Positions 36,730-46,328 are shown, counted from the stretch's first letter. The stretch: DNA of 59,637 nt from Alphaproteobacteria bacterium (GCA_965225945.1 CBDDBZ010000015.1:1-59637); one strand, 5' to 3'. Made by a program: numbers and translations. Notes: generated from the sequence alone by a model not told the origin.

Positions 36730-38661
36730 TCACTCGCCCACGATCTGATCCTCGAGGCTCTCAGCGAAATCCGTGACCTCGCGCCGCTCCCGGTCGGGAA
36801 CCGAGAGCGCCTCCAGGGCCGAGCGGAGGATGACGCCAAAGATCTCCCAATCGCGCGCGGCGATGTCGAGATGGCTGTGGGCCGCCCTCATGTCGCGCCC
36901 GACGTAGCTGGCAGGGCCACCGGTCACACTCGAGAGATAGGCCACCAGCAGTTTCTCCTCGCGCAGCACGCCATAGGTGCTGCGCCCCCGCCAGAAGCGA
37001 CCCAACTCGGGGTGGGAGACGGCGCGGCCGAACAGCTCGCGCACGAAGGTGGCGATCCCCCGGTTGCCGCCGAGCCGGGCATAGAGCGATGCCGGGTCGG
37101 GGCGGCGGATGTCGAGCGCCTTCATGCGCGATCTGAGTTTCGAGGCCGAGATGCCGAGAATCGAAGCGCCGCCGCCGTCTCCCGCGATGCGCCAGCCCGC
37201 CGCCTCCAAGGCGGCGACGAGATTGTTGCGCTCGAGTTCCTCGAACTCGGCGGCGCTGTAGAAGCCCCGGGCCGGGATCTGCTCTTCCGCCATCGGGGCG
37301 CGGGCGGGAAACGATATCGCGCTGCCGGGCAAGGCCTCGTCGAGCCGCAAGGGTCCATCGCCGGAGAGGATCAAGGCTCGCTCGGCCATATTGCGCAATT
37401 CGCGCACGTTGCCCGGCCAGTCGTACTTCAACAAATGGTCGAGATCGGCCGTCGATACGCGCGGTGGAGGCATGCCGAGGCTGCTCGCGTGCTCCGCCAG
37501 GAAGTGGTCCACCAGGACCCCGATGTCCTCGGGGCGGGCGCGGAGCGGCGGCACTTCGATCGGAAACACGCTCAGTCGGAAGAACAGGTCGCGGCGAAAC
37601 TCGCCGGCCGCCACCCGCTCGGCGAGACTCCGGGTCGTGGCGGCGACGAAACGCACGTCCGCCTGACGCGTTCGGCCGTCTCCCAGGCGTTCGTAAGTGG
37701 CGTCTTGCAGCGGCCTCAGCAGCTTGGCCTGGGCTTCGCCCGGAATGTCCGCGACGTGATCGAGGAACAGCGTGCCGCGATCCGCCGCCTCGAGCCGGCC
37801 GGCCATCTCGCGGCCGACGCCGGGATGTGCCCCCGCCGAGCGCCCGAAGAATTCGGCTTCGAACACCTCGGGCGGGATCGAGGCGCAGTCGACCTTGACG
37901 AACGGCCCGTCGCGACGGCGGCTCTGCTCATGCAGGAATTGGGCGATCAACTCCTTGCCGACGCCGGACTCGCCTTCGATCAGCACGGTGGCGTCGGTCG
38001 CCGCGACCGCGCCGATCTGATCCAGCAGCCGTTCGAAAAGCGGGCTCGCATGGATCAGCCGAACCGCCTCGCCATGCCGCGCGCCTGGTGCGCCCGGGCG
38101 CCCGCCGCCGGCCTCGCCGTCGCGCGCGACCCGAAAGGCGCGCACCGGCTCGGCGATGTTCTTGACGACATGCTCGCCCAGAAATTCGAACCCGGCCTCG
38201 AGCCGATGGGCGACACCATCATGCACCATGCCGGAAACGGCGATACCTCCGGGGTCGGCCGGACTCTCCAATCGGGCGGCGATGTTCACGCCGTCGCCAT
38301 AGACGGTGCCGTCCGGCTTCTCGATGATGTCGCCGAGATGAACACCGATGCGAAAGCGCATTTTGCGCTCGTCCGGCAGGGTCGCGTTATCGCGGGCGAG
38401 CGCCGATTGAATCTCGACGGCCGCCCGCGCGGCGCCGATGGCCGTGTCGAACACCGCCAGCACGGCGTCGCCCGCCATGTTCTCGACGCGCCCCTGATTG
38501 GCGTCGACGCGCTCGCGAAACACCAGGCGGCAGAGGTCGAGCCTGGCGACGGTCGCCCGCTCGTCGTGTTGCATGAGGCGGGAGTAGCCGACGACGTCGG
38601 CCACGAGGATGGCCGCCAATCTCTGTCTTATCAGGATCTCCGTCACGCCGATCGCCCCCAT
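36730..38661 (-). CDS. Fusion of class III nucleotide cyclase, sigma54-type AAA+ domain, Fis-like HTH and group I truncated globin
   Basis: ADVVGYS/GDA/GVNIAARLE; GESGVGKE, FRRDLFFRL, WPGNVRELRN; ASILGISASKLRSRM; SLYARLGG...GGPASYVGRDMRAAH. One continuous ORF; start uncertain. Confidence 0.85.
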   Translation of the reverse strand: MGAIGVTEILIRQRLAAILVADVVGYSRLMQHDERATVARLDLCRLVFRERVDANQGRVENMAGDAVLAVFDTAIGAARAAVEIQSALARDNATLPDERKMRFRIGVHLGDIIEKPDGTVYGDGVNIAARLESPADPGGIAVSGMVHDGVAHRLEAGFEFLGEHVVKNIAEPVRAFRVARDGEAGGGRPGAPGARHGEAVRLIHASPLFERLLDQIGAVAATDATVLIEGESGVGKELIAQFLHEQSRRRDGPFVKVDCASIPPEVFEAEFFGRSAGAHPGVGREMAGRLEAADRGTLFLDHVADIPGEAQAKLLRPLQDATYERLGDGRTRQADVRFVAATTRSLAERVAAGEFRRDLFFRLSVFPIEVPPLRARPEDIGVLVDHFLAEHASSLGMPPPRVSTADLDHLLKYDWPGNVRELRNMAERALILSGDGPLRLDEALPGSAISFPARAPMAEEQIPARGFYSAAEFEELERNNLVAALEAAGWRIAGDGGGASILGISASKLRSRMKALDIRRPDPASLYARLGGNRGIATFVRELFGRAVSHPELGRFWRGRSTYGVLREEKLLVAYLSSVTGGPASYVGRDMRAAHSHLDIAARDWEIFGVILRSALEALSVPDRERREVTDFAESLEDQIVGE

Positions 38662-38771
38662 GCGCATGCGTACCCCGTGCGACCAAGTTATCAGAATAGG
38701 CCGACACTTTATATCCGACCGCATTCGGCCGCCGCGATGCGATAATGTTCGCCCGTGAGGGGAGTGGAGAC

Positions 38772-39404
38772 ATGGCCAAGGAACTGGAGGGCTTCGTCGC
38801 CCGGTTGACGGCGCTCGGCGGGGGGTCGGGGGAATCGCGCGCGCTCTATGACGACTGGGCCGCGACCTACGAGCGCAACCTCGAAGACGACTGTGGCTAC
38901 ATCGCGCCCGCGATCGCCGTGGCGGCCTTCGCCGCGCATTGCACCGACGGGGACGCGCGGATCCTGGATCTCGGCTGCGGCACCGGTCTGGTGGGCCAGG
39001 CGCTTGCGGCAGCGGGCTTTCGGCGGATCGACGGCGTCGACATCTCGCCTGGCATGCTGGCGGAGGCCCGCGCCAAGGGGATCTACGGCCGGTTGACGAT
39101 TGCCGATCTGACGGCGCCCCTGGACCTCGGTGAGAACACCTACGACGCGGCGATCGGAGTCGGCTGCTTCGGCGGCGGCCATGCCGGGCCGCAACACTTG
39201 GGCGGCATGATTCAAGCCGTGCGGCCCGGCAGCCTGCTGGTCTTCTATATGAACGTCATTCCCTATGAAGAGGACGACTACCCCGCGCACTTCGCCCGGC
39301 TGGAGGCGGCAGGGCAATGGCGGGTGCGGCTGACGGAGGGCTCGAACTACATGGAAGCGCTGGACCGGCCGGGTTGGGTCGTGGTGGCGGAGCGGACGCG
39401 ATGA
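38772..39404 (+). CDS. Class I SAM-dependent methyltransferase
   Basis: YDDWAATY, ILDLGCGTGLVG, GVDISPGML. Confidence 0.9.
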   Translation: MAKELEGFVARLTALGGGSGESRALYDDWAATYERNLEDDCGYIAPAIAVAAFAAHCTDGDARILDLGCGTGLVGQALAAAGFRRIDGVDISPGMLAEARAKGIYGRLTIADLTAPLDLGENTYDAAIGVGCFGGGHAGPQHLGGMIQAVRPGSLLVFYMNVIPYEEDDYPAHFARLEAAGQWRVRLTEGSNYMEALDRPGWVVVAERTR

Positions 39405-40378
39405 CGGCGGCGGTGCCCGACGACCTGCTGATCTGGGACGCGCACGCGGGCTTCGAACTGCGGAGCCTCGCCGATCTCGAGACCGTCGCGGCCTGGAAGG
39501 ACGCTGGGGTGAATTTCCTCTCGGTCAACGTCGGCTACGACGTCAGACCCTGGCAAGCGACGGTCAAGGCCCTGTCGCTGGCCCGCGACTGGGTGCGGCG
39601 GACCGAGGGCTATCGGCTGGTCGGCACGGTGGAGGAGATGGCGCGCGGGCGGGCGGCGGGCGAGCTGGCCATCGCCTTCGACATAGAGGGCATGAATGCC
39701 CTCGACGGCGCGCTCGACATGGTGCGCTTCTATTACGACCTGGGCGTCCGCCAGATGCTCTTCGCCTACAACCTGAACAATCTCGCCGGCGGCGGCTGCC
39801 ACGACGAGGACCCGGGGTTGAGCGAATTCGGCCGTGCCGTGGTGGCGGAGATGAACGCGGTGGGCATGGTGATCGACTGTTCCCACACCGGCCACCTGAC
39901 GACCATGGAGGCGATGGCATGCTCGGCCAATCCCGTCGTCTTCTCCCATTCGAACGCCCGGGCGTTGCGTGACCACGAGCGCAACATCCGCGACGACCAA
40001 GCCCTTGCCTGCGCCGAGACCGGCGGCGTCGTCGGGGTCAACGGGATGGGTCTCTTCATCGGCGAGGACGATATTTCGACGCCCGGAATCGTCGACCATG
40101 TCGAATATTATCTCGACCTGATCGGACCCGAACACGTCGGCCTCGGACTCGACTATTTCCACGAAACCGGCGATACGGCGAGCTTCAACGAGACCGTGGC
40201 GGCGAACGATCGCTTCTGGCCCAAGGCGCAATATCCGGGCGGCGCCGTGCGCTGCGCGGCGCCGCGACAATTGCGCGCGATCGCCGTGGAGCTGGGCCGG
40301 CGCGGGCACGGCGAAGCGGTAGTGCGCGCCGTCCTCGGCGGCAACTTCCGCCGCGTGGCCGGCGAGGTCTGGAAATAG
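39401..40378 (+). CDS. Membrane dipeptidase (peptidase M19) family protein
   Basis: DAH, DIEG, GLSEFGRAVVAEMN, IDCSH, FSHSN, RNIRD, HVGLGLD, LGGNFRRV. Confidence 0.9.
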   Translation: MTAAVPDDLLIWDAHAGFELRSLADLETVAAWKDAGVNFLSVNVGYDVRPWQATVKALSLARDWVRRTEGYRLVGTVEEMARGRAAGELAIAFDIEGMNALDGALDMVRFYYDLGVRQMLFAYNLNNLAGGGCHDEDPGLSEFGRAVVAEMNAVGMVIDCSHTGHLTTMEAMACSANPVVFSHSNARALRDHERNIRDDQALACAETGGVVGVNGMGLFIGEDDISTPGIVDHVEYYLDLIGPEHVGLGLDYFHETGDTASFNETVAANDRFWPKAQYPGGAVRCAAPRQLRAIAVELGRRGHGEAVVRAVLGGNFRRVAGEVWK

Positions 40379-40391
40379 TCGGGCGCGTCGG

Positions 40392-40628
40392 CTAGGGGTG
40401 CTTACTGGCGCGCGCGAGGGCGCGGTCGCGGACGCAGGTCTCGTAGGTCGGGGTGGCGGGGGAAAGGCCGTCGAAGCGACAGGATTCGGCCGCCTTGCCG
40501 TAGGTGTCAGGCACATAGCGGTTGAGGCCCGGGCCCGGATTGCGCACCGGCTCGGGCACGCCCCCGGCGGTCTGGCAGGCGGCCAGCAGCAGAACGGCGG
40601 CGGCGGCGAGCGGAAGACGGTACGTCAT
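40392..40628 (-). CDS. Small putative lipoprotein
   Basis: Signal peptide ending in lipobox LLAAC; two further Cys residues. Confidence 0.6.
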   Translation of the reverse strand: MTYRLPLAAAAVLLLAACQTAGGVPEPVRNPGPGLNRYVPDTYGKAAESCRFDGLSPATPTYETCVRDRALARASKHP

Positions 40629-40715
40629 GGCGCGACTCCGTTGGTGATTTCGCTCCGAATCTTGGCCTTGTCCGGCGCTCCGGGCAATTCGCGTTTGCGT
40701 GAACGAGACGGGTCG

Positions 40716-42125
40716 CTATGCGTCGTCCTCGGCGAGGAAGCGTCTGACCTCCTCCAGGAAGCGGGGCCAGGCGGGCTCCTCCTCCAGGATCAGGTGATTG
40801 CGGCCCTCCAGCGCGACGAAGCGGGCGTTCGGGATCCCCGCCGCCATCCGTCGTCCCCGCTCGAACGGCACGATACCGTCGTCCCGGCAATGCAGCACCA
40901 GGGTCGGCACCGAGACGTGGCCGAGCAGATGCGACACGTCGACGTTGCTGGAGACGTCGCGCAGGCGCACCGCGTTCTCGGGCGAGACGGTAATTCGCTG
41001 CAACTTGTTGAACCAGTCCATCTGGTCTTGCGTGGCGCCCGGGATGAACAGCGAGGTAAAGAATTGCCGGAACGCCGGATTGTCCTGGCCCCAGCCCTGC
41101 AGGATCATTTGTCTGTAAGTGTCGGCTTGCTGTCGGTCCGCCTCCGAGTCGGTGCGTCGCGCGCCTTGGGCGAAGCCGCCATAGAGCACCAGGCGGCTGA
41201 CCCGCTCGGGATGGCGGGTGGCATAGGCGATCGAATAGGAGCAGCCCTGCGAGATGCCAATCAGGGGGAAACGAGCGAGACCGGCGGCCTCGATCACCGC
41301 CGCCATGTCGTCGACCATGCTGTCGAAACTGACCTCCGCCACGTCCCAGTCGGAAAGACCGGTGGCCCGCTGGTCGAAGCGCACCAACGTGCGCTCCGCC
41401 GCGAATTCCCGAAGCAGATGACGCCAGATCGGGCTTTCCCAGTCGTGTTCCAAGTGGTTTATCCAGTTGGGCGCCTTGACCAGCGGCGGCCCGCTGCCGA
41501 CCACGGCATAGGCGATCTGGACGCCGCCCGTCGAGGTGCAGAAGCGGATCTGCTGCTGGATCTCGGCCTCGGGCGTGCCCGCGGCCGTTGCCTCGTCCTC
41601 GGCGCGCCACTGCCAGGCTTGCACCGGGCGGCTGATGTTCTTGAGTTTTTGCGGCCCGAGATCCTCGAAGCCCAGATCGAGCCGATTTTCGATGCTCTGG
41701 CGGACCACGTCGGAGACGCAGATGCCGCCCGGCGCCGCCAGCGCCTCCAGCCGCGAGGCGACGTTGACGCCGTCGCCGAGGATGTCGTCGCCCTCGATCA
41801 CGATATCGCCCAGGTTGATGCCGATGCGGTAGCGGATGCGTTCATCTTCGCCGACGCCGGCCTCGCGCCCCGCCATCGCGCGCTGGATCTCGGCGGCGCA
41901 GGCGACGGCGTCCACCACGCTTGCGAACTCGACCAACATGCCGTCGCCGGTGGTCTTGACGATGCGCCCCCCATGGGCGGCGATGGTGGGATCGATCAGC
42001 TCGTCGCGGTGGGCGCGCTGGCGGGCGATGGTGGCGCTCTCGTCGGCCTCCATCAGCCGCGAATAGCCCACCATGTCGGCCGCGAGAACGGCCGCCAGCC
42101 GACGTTCCCCGCGCGCTGCCACCAC
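40716..42125 (-). CDS. Class III adenylate/guanylate cyclase fused to a C-terminal alpha/beta hydrolase
   Basis: AADMVGYS, VKTTGDG, GDGVNVASRLE; hydrolase GISQG, RDDGIV, GRNHL. Confidence 0.88.
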   Translation of the reverse strand: MVAARGERRLAAVLAADMVGYSRLMEADESATIARQRAHRDELIDPTIAAHGGRIVKTTGDGMLVEFASVVDAVACAAEIQRAMAGREAGVGEDERIRYRIGINLGDIVIEGDDILGDGVNVASRLEALAAPGGICVSDVVRQSIENRLDLGFEDLGPQKLKNISRPVQAWQWRAEDEATAAGTPEAEIQQQIRFCTSTGGVQIAYAVVGSGPPLVKAPNWINHLEHDWESPIWRHLLREFAAERTLVRFDQRATGLSDWDVAEVSFDSMVDDMAAVIEAAGLARFPLIGISQGCSYSIAYATRHPERVSRLVLYGGFAQGARRTDSEADRQQADTYRQMILQGWGQDNPAFRQFFTSLFIPGATQDQMDWFNKLQRITVSPENAVRLRDVSSNVDVSHLLGHVSVPTLVLHCRDDGIVPFERGRRMAAGIPNARFVALEGRNHLILEEEPAWPRFLEEVRRFLAEDDA

Positions 42126-42221
42126 CGGGATCTCCTTCGAGGTCGATATGATAAGGAGTCTACGAACCGCCGTCCGGGGTGTCCACACGAGGGCGGCGAG
42201 CGCTGTCCCCCAAGCTCCGCC

Positions 42222-42983
42222 TCAGGCGTTGATGCCGGCGGCGATGTAGCCGCCGTCGACGTTCAAAACATGGCCGGTGATGTAGCTCGCCTGCTCGGAG
42301 GCGAGATAGAGCACCGCGTCCGCCATCTCCTCCACCAGGCCGTAGCGCGCGAGCGGGATCGCCTCGCGGTAGGCCTTGCGGGTCGCTTCCGTGTGGCCGC
42401 GCTCGGTGAGCGGCGTGTCGACCGGGCCGGGGCCGATGGCGTTGACCCGGATGGCGTGGGGGGCCAGCTCCACCGCCATCTGCCGGGTGAGCTGGATGGC
42501 GGCCCCCTTGGAGGTGCCGTAGGCGACGCGGCCCCAGCCCGCCCGCTGGCCGGAGATCGATACGGTGTTGACGATGGCACCGCCCTCGCCTTGGGCCACC
42601 ATGCGGCGCGCCGCCGCCTGGCCCGTCAGGAAAACCCCGGTGACGTTGACCCTGAGCACCCGCTCGAAATCCTCTAGCCCCATGTCGAGCAGGCTCCCCC
42701 GCCCGCTGATGCCGGCGTTGGCGACAGCCACGTCGAGGCGGCCGAAGGCCTCGACCGTCTCGGCCACCATCCGCGTCGCATCGCCCGCGTCGCCGACGTC
42801 GGCTGGAATTGCGATCGCCCGGCCGCCCGCGGCCTCGATCTCGGCCACCGTCTCCCCCGCGCCCGCTTCGTTCAGGTCGACCACGCCGACGCCAGCGCCC
42901 TCGGCGGCGAAGGCGCCCGCGATCGCCCGGCCGATGCCGCTGCCCGCGCCGGTGACCAACGCCACCTTGTCCCGAAACCGCAT
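42222..42983 (-). CDS. SDR family oxidoreductase
   Basis: TGAGSGIG, ANAG, YGTSK (YxxxK), VNAIGPG, VDGG. Confidence 0.93.
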   Translation of the reverse strand: MRFRDKVALVTGAGSGIGRAIAGAFAAEGAGVGVVDLNEAGAGETVAEIEAAGGRAIAIPADVGDAGDATRMVAETVEAFGRLDVAVANAGISGRGSLLDMGLEDFERVLRVNVTGVFLTGQAAARRMVAQGEGGAIVNTVSISGQRAGWGRVAYGTSKGAAIQLTRQMAVELAPHAIRVNAIGPGPVDTPLTERGHTEATRKAYREAIPLARYGLVEEMADAVLYLASEQASYITGHVLNVDGGYIAAGINA

Positions 42984-43052
42984 GCCGCCCCTCCCTCGCC
43001 ACGGCCGTCGCGTTGTGCGGGGCCGGTTGGTACGTTAAGAATCCCAGTTAAT

Positions 43053-43338
43053 CATAGGCGAGCCCGTCGGGCTCGCGCCAACGGAGGCATAGGCGAGCCC
43101 GTCGGGCTCGCGCCAACGGAGGCATAGGCGAGCCCGTCGGGCTCGCGCCAACGGAGGCATGACCGCCTGCATCGTCGGCTGGAGCCATGTCCGTTTCGGC
43201 AAACTGGAGAATCGCGATCTCGAAAGCTGGTCGTCGGTCGTGGCATAGGCGAGGTCGGGCTCGCGCCAACGGAGGACGTCTCGCATGACCGCCTGCATCG
43301 TCGGCTGGAGCCATGTCCGTTTCGGCAAACTGGAGAAT
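43053..43338 (+). repeat. 35-bp palindromic tandem repeat (3 copies plus 1 degenerate) and a duplicated thiolase 5-prime end
   Basis: cataggcgagcccgtcgggctcgcgccaacggagg at 43053, 43088 and 43123, degenerate copy at 43244; the 54 bp at 43159-43212 recur at 43285-43338. Confidence 0.9.
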
Positions 43339-44412
43339 GCGCTGGCCGACGCCGGCGTCGGGCCGGAAGACGTGGATGAGATCTTCCTCGGCACCTTCAA
43401 CGGCGGCATGGACCCACAAGACTTCGCAGCCAGCCTGGTGCTGCAGGCCGACGAGCGGCTGCGCTTCACGCCCGCGACCCGGGTCGAGAACGCCTGCGCC
43501 AGCGGCTCCGCCGCGATTTACCAGGGGGTTTCCGCGATCGCCGCCGGCCGCGCCCGCACCGTGCTGGTGGTCGGCGTCGAGAAGATGACGGCGCTATCGT
43601 CGCGCGAGGTCGGCGAGGTCTTGATCAAGTGCTCCTACGTCAAGGAGGAGAACCGCGACGGCATGTCCTTCCCCGGACTCTTCGGCAGAATTACCGAGCT
43701 CTACTATCAGCGTTACGGCGAACAGAGCGAGGCGCTGGCCCGGATCGCGGCGAAGAATCACAAGAACGGCTCGCTCAACCCTTACGCCCACATCCAAAAG
43801 GACCTGGGTTACGATTTCTGCCGTGAGGTCTCGGAGAAGAACCCCTATGTCGCCGGACCGCTGAAGCGGACCGACTGCTCGATGATCTCCGACGGCGCCG
43901 CCGCCCTGGTGCTGACCGACGTGCAATCGGCGCTCGGCATGAAGAAGGCCGTCGCCTTCCGGGGCATGGCCCATGTCAACGACCTGCTGGCCATGTCCAA
44001 GCGCGACATCGTCGCCTTCGAGGGGCCGGAGCGGGCCTGGAAGCTGGCGCTGGGCGAGGCGGGGCTCGATCTCCTCGACCTCGACCTGGTCGAGACCCAC
44101 GACTGCTTCACCAGCGCCGAGCTGATCGAATACGAGGCGATGGGCCTGACCGAGAAGGGCCAGGGCGCCCGGGCCATCCTGGAGGGCTGGACCGAGAAGG
44201 ACGGCAAGTTGCCGGTCAACCCCTCCGGCGGTCTCAAGGCCAAGGGCCATCCGATCGGCGCCACCGGGGTCTCGATGCACGTGATGGCGGCGATGCAGGT
44301 GACGGGCGAGGCCGACGCCATGCAGATTGCGAACGCTCGGCTCGCCGGCGTCCTCAACATGGGGGGCGCGGCCGTGGCCAGCTACGTCTCCATCCTCGAG
44401 CGCCTGCGCTGA
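43285..44412 (+). CDS. Thiolase (SCP2-type acetyl-CoA acetyltransferase)
   Basis: RVENACASGSAA, HDCF, VNPSGGLKAKGHPIGATG, NMGG; the 5-prime end is probably mis-assembled. Confidence 0.88.
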   Translation: MTACIVGWSHVRFGKLENALADAGVGPEDVDEIFLGTFNGGMDPQDFAASLVLQADERLRFTPATRVENACASGSAAIYQGVSAIAAGRARTVLVVGVEKMTALSSREVGEVLIKCSYVKEENRDGMSFPGLFGRITELYYQRYGEQSEALARIAAKNHKNGSLNPYAHIQKDLGYDFCREVSEKNPYVAGPLKRTDCSMISDGAAALVLTDVQSALGMKKAVAFRGMAHVNDLLAMSKRDIVAFEGPERAWKLALGEAGLDLLDLDLVETHDCFTSAELIEYEAMGLTEKGQGARAILEGWTEKDGKLPVNPSGGLKAKGHPIGATGVSMHVMAAMQVTGEADAMQIANARLAGVLNMGGAAVASYVSILERLR

Positions 44413-44428
44413 GCCGGGCCGCCCGACC

Positions 44429-45430
44429 ATGAGCGATCGTTTCAAGGCGCTGTGGGCAACTGAGAACGACGAGGGCAAGGCCGAGGTGAGCGTGCGCGAG
44501 CTCGGCGCCGAGGATCTGCCGGAGGGCGAGGTCACCGTCGCCGTGCGCTACAGCACCGTCAACTACAAGGACGGCCTGGCGGTGATGGGCAACAAGAGCC
44601 GGATCATGCGCCGCCTGCCGATGGCGCCGGGGATCGATTACGCCGGCATCGTCGAGGCCTCCGACTCGGCCGCCTTCTCGGTTGGCGACGAGGTCGTGCT
44701 GACCGGCTGGGGGGTGGGGGAGGTCCACTCCGGCGGCTTTGCCCAGCGGACCCGGGCCAAGGCCGACTGGCTGGTGCGCCGGCCCGAAGCGCTGACGCTG
44801 CAACAGACCATGGCGATCGGCACCGCCGGCTTCACCGCCATGCTGTCTGTGCTGGCGCTGGAGGAACGCGGTGTCACGGCGGACAAGGGGCCGATCCTGG
44901 TGACCGGCGCCGGCGGCGGCGTCGGCGGCATCGCCATCACGCTTCTGGCCGAGCTCGGTTACGAAGTCTGGGGTCTCACCGGGCGGGAGAGCCTGGCCGA
45001 CTATCTGAGGGGCCTGGGCGCCGCCGGTATCGTGCCGCGGGCCGAAATGACCGAGGCCGGCCGGCCGCTCGCCACCGAGCGTTGGGCCGGCGGGATCGAC
45101 GCGGTCGGCGGCCAAGTGCTGGTCAACCTCCTGGCCGCCACGCGCTACGGCGGCGCGATCGCTGCCTGTGGCCTCGTCGGTGGCCTCGAATTGCCGGCGA
45201 CGGTGATGCCGTTCATCCTCAGGGGCGTCGACCTGCTGGGGATCGAGTCGGTCTATTGCCCGGCGCCGAGGCGAAGCCAGGCTTGGGACCGCCTCGCCCG
45301 GGACCTGCCGCTCGACAAGCTCGACCGGATGACCAGCGTGCACCCGCTCGCCGAGGTGCCGGCGCTGGCGGCGCAAATCCTGAAGGGCCAAATCCAGGGC
45401 CGCGCGGTGATCGACCTCGCGAGCGACTAG
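44429..45430 (+). CDS. acuI: Acryloyl-CoA reductase AcuI/YhdH family (MDR)
   Basis: YSTVNYKDGLA, PGID, GWGVGE, IGTAGFTAML, TGAGGGVG, VMPFILRGV-LLGIESV. Confidence 0.88.
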   Translation: MSDRFKALWATENDEGKAEVSVRELGAEDLPEGEVTVAVRYSTVNYKDGLAVMGNKSRIMRRLPMAPGIDYAGIVEASDSAAFSVGDEVVLTGWGVGEVHSGGFAQRTRAKADWLVRRPEALTLQQTMAIGTAGFTAMLSVLALEERGVTADKGPILVTGAGGGVGGIAITLLAELGYEVWGLTGRESLADYLRGLGAAGIVPRAEMTEAGRPLATERWAGGIDAVGGQVLVNLLAATRYGGAIAACGLVGGLELPATVMPFILRGVDLLGIESVYCPAPRRSQAWDRLARDLPLDKLDRMTSVHPLAEVPALAAQILKGQIQGRAVIDLASD

Positions 45431-45516
45431 CCCGGCGCCGAGACGGCCGTCCTTTCCTGATCTCGCCCCGGCGGGAAATCGGGACGAGGGCGTGGATGGC
45501 AACCGCAACGCGACAC

Positions 45517-45548
45517 TTGACAGATAATTTTTTGCGGGCAATTCTAAT
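45517..45548 (+). promoter_or_regulatory. Possible sigma70 promoter of higBA
   Basis: Perfect TTGACA at 45517-45522 followed by an AT-rich stretch before ATG 45554; the -10 element is not clear. Confidence 0.35.
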
Positions 45549-45553
45549 TGTAG

Positions 45554-45854
45554 ATGAAGATTCGAAGCGTGAAGCATAAGGGCCTGCGGCGCCTGATCGA
45601 GGACGGCGACGCGGCCGGGCTTCACGCGGAATACGTCGATAAAATCCTCAAGATGATCGCCTTCCTCTAGGACATGGAGCATGAGGACGAGCTGCGGACC
45701 GTGCGAACCTGGAAGGCCCACCGGCTCACGGGCGATCGGAAAGGGACCTGGAGCCTGTTCGTCAGCAAGACCTGGAGCCTGTTGGCGGCTCACCTTCGGC
45801 ATCGACCAGGCCGAAATCGAGCTCATCGACCTGGATTATGAAGACTACCACTAA
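45554..45854 (+). pseudogene. higB: HigB (RelE/ParE-type) toxin, inactivated
   Basis: MKIRSVKHKGLRRL...FL* (TAG 45668-45670)...WKAHRLTGDRKGTWSL, a frameshifting duplication, then WRLTF...LDYEDYH*. Confidence 0.85.
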
Positions 45855-45865
45855 AGGAAGTGCCC

Positions 45866-46198
45866 ATGACCGAAGCGACCAACTACAGGCTGAAGAACCC
45901 GCCCCATCCAGGCGGTTTCGTGCGCACCGAGATCATCGAGCCGATGGCGTTGTCCGTTACCGAGGCCGCGCGCGGGCTCGGCATCACCCGCCAGGCGCTT
46001 TCGAAATTCCTCAACGAGAGCGCCTCGCTGTCGCCGGAAATGGCGCTGCGCATCGAGAAGGCGTTCGGCGTGAGCATGGACACGCTCATGCGGATGCAGA
46101 ACAGCTACGACATCGCCCAGGCTCGCAAACGGGAAGGGGACATCAAGGTGCCCCGCTTCGCCGGCAAGGCACGGACCGCACGGCCGGAGCTGTTCTGA
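45866..46198 (+). CDS. higA: HigA family antitoxin (HTH)
   Basis: NPPHPG, LSVTEAARGLGITRQALS, LSPEMALRIEKAFG. Confidence 0.92.
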   Translation: MTEATNYRLKNPPHPGGFVRTEIIEPMALSVTEAARGLGITRQALSKFLNESASLSPEMALRIEKAFGVSMDTLMRMQNSYDIAQARKREGDIKVPRFAGKARTARPELF

Positions 46199-46328
46199 CC
46201 GCGGCGAAACCCAGATAGCGCGCGGCCGCCGCCGGCTTCGGCCTGCCGACGGTGCCGATCCAGGCGGGTCTACCTCTGCCCCAAGCTCGCCGCCTTCGCC
46301 GAGGCGCACGGGCCGGGCTGAAGGGCCG

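Noticed and set aside
36637-42677. Long plus-strand ORFs 36637..38745 and 40398..42677
   Set aside because: Antisense shadows of the cyclase fusions and SDR, with no recognisable motifs.
43053-43275. CRISPR array (35-bp palindromic repeats)
   Set aside because: The repeats are directly adjacent with no spacers, there are no cas genes, and the unit contains the thiolase RBS.
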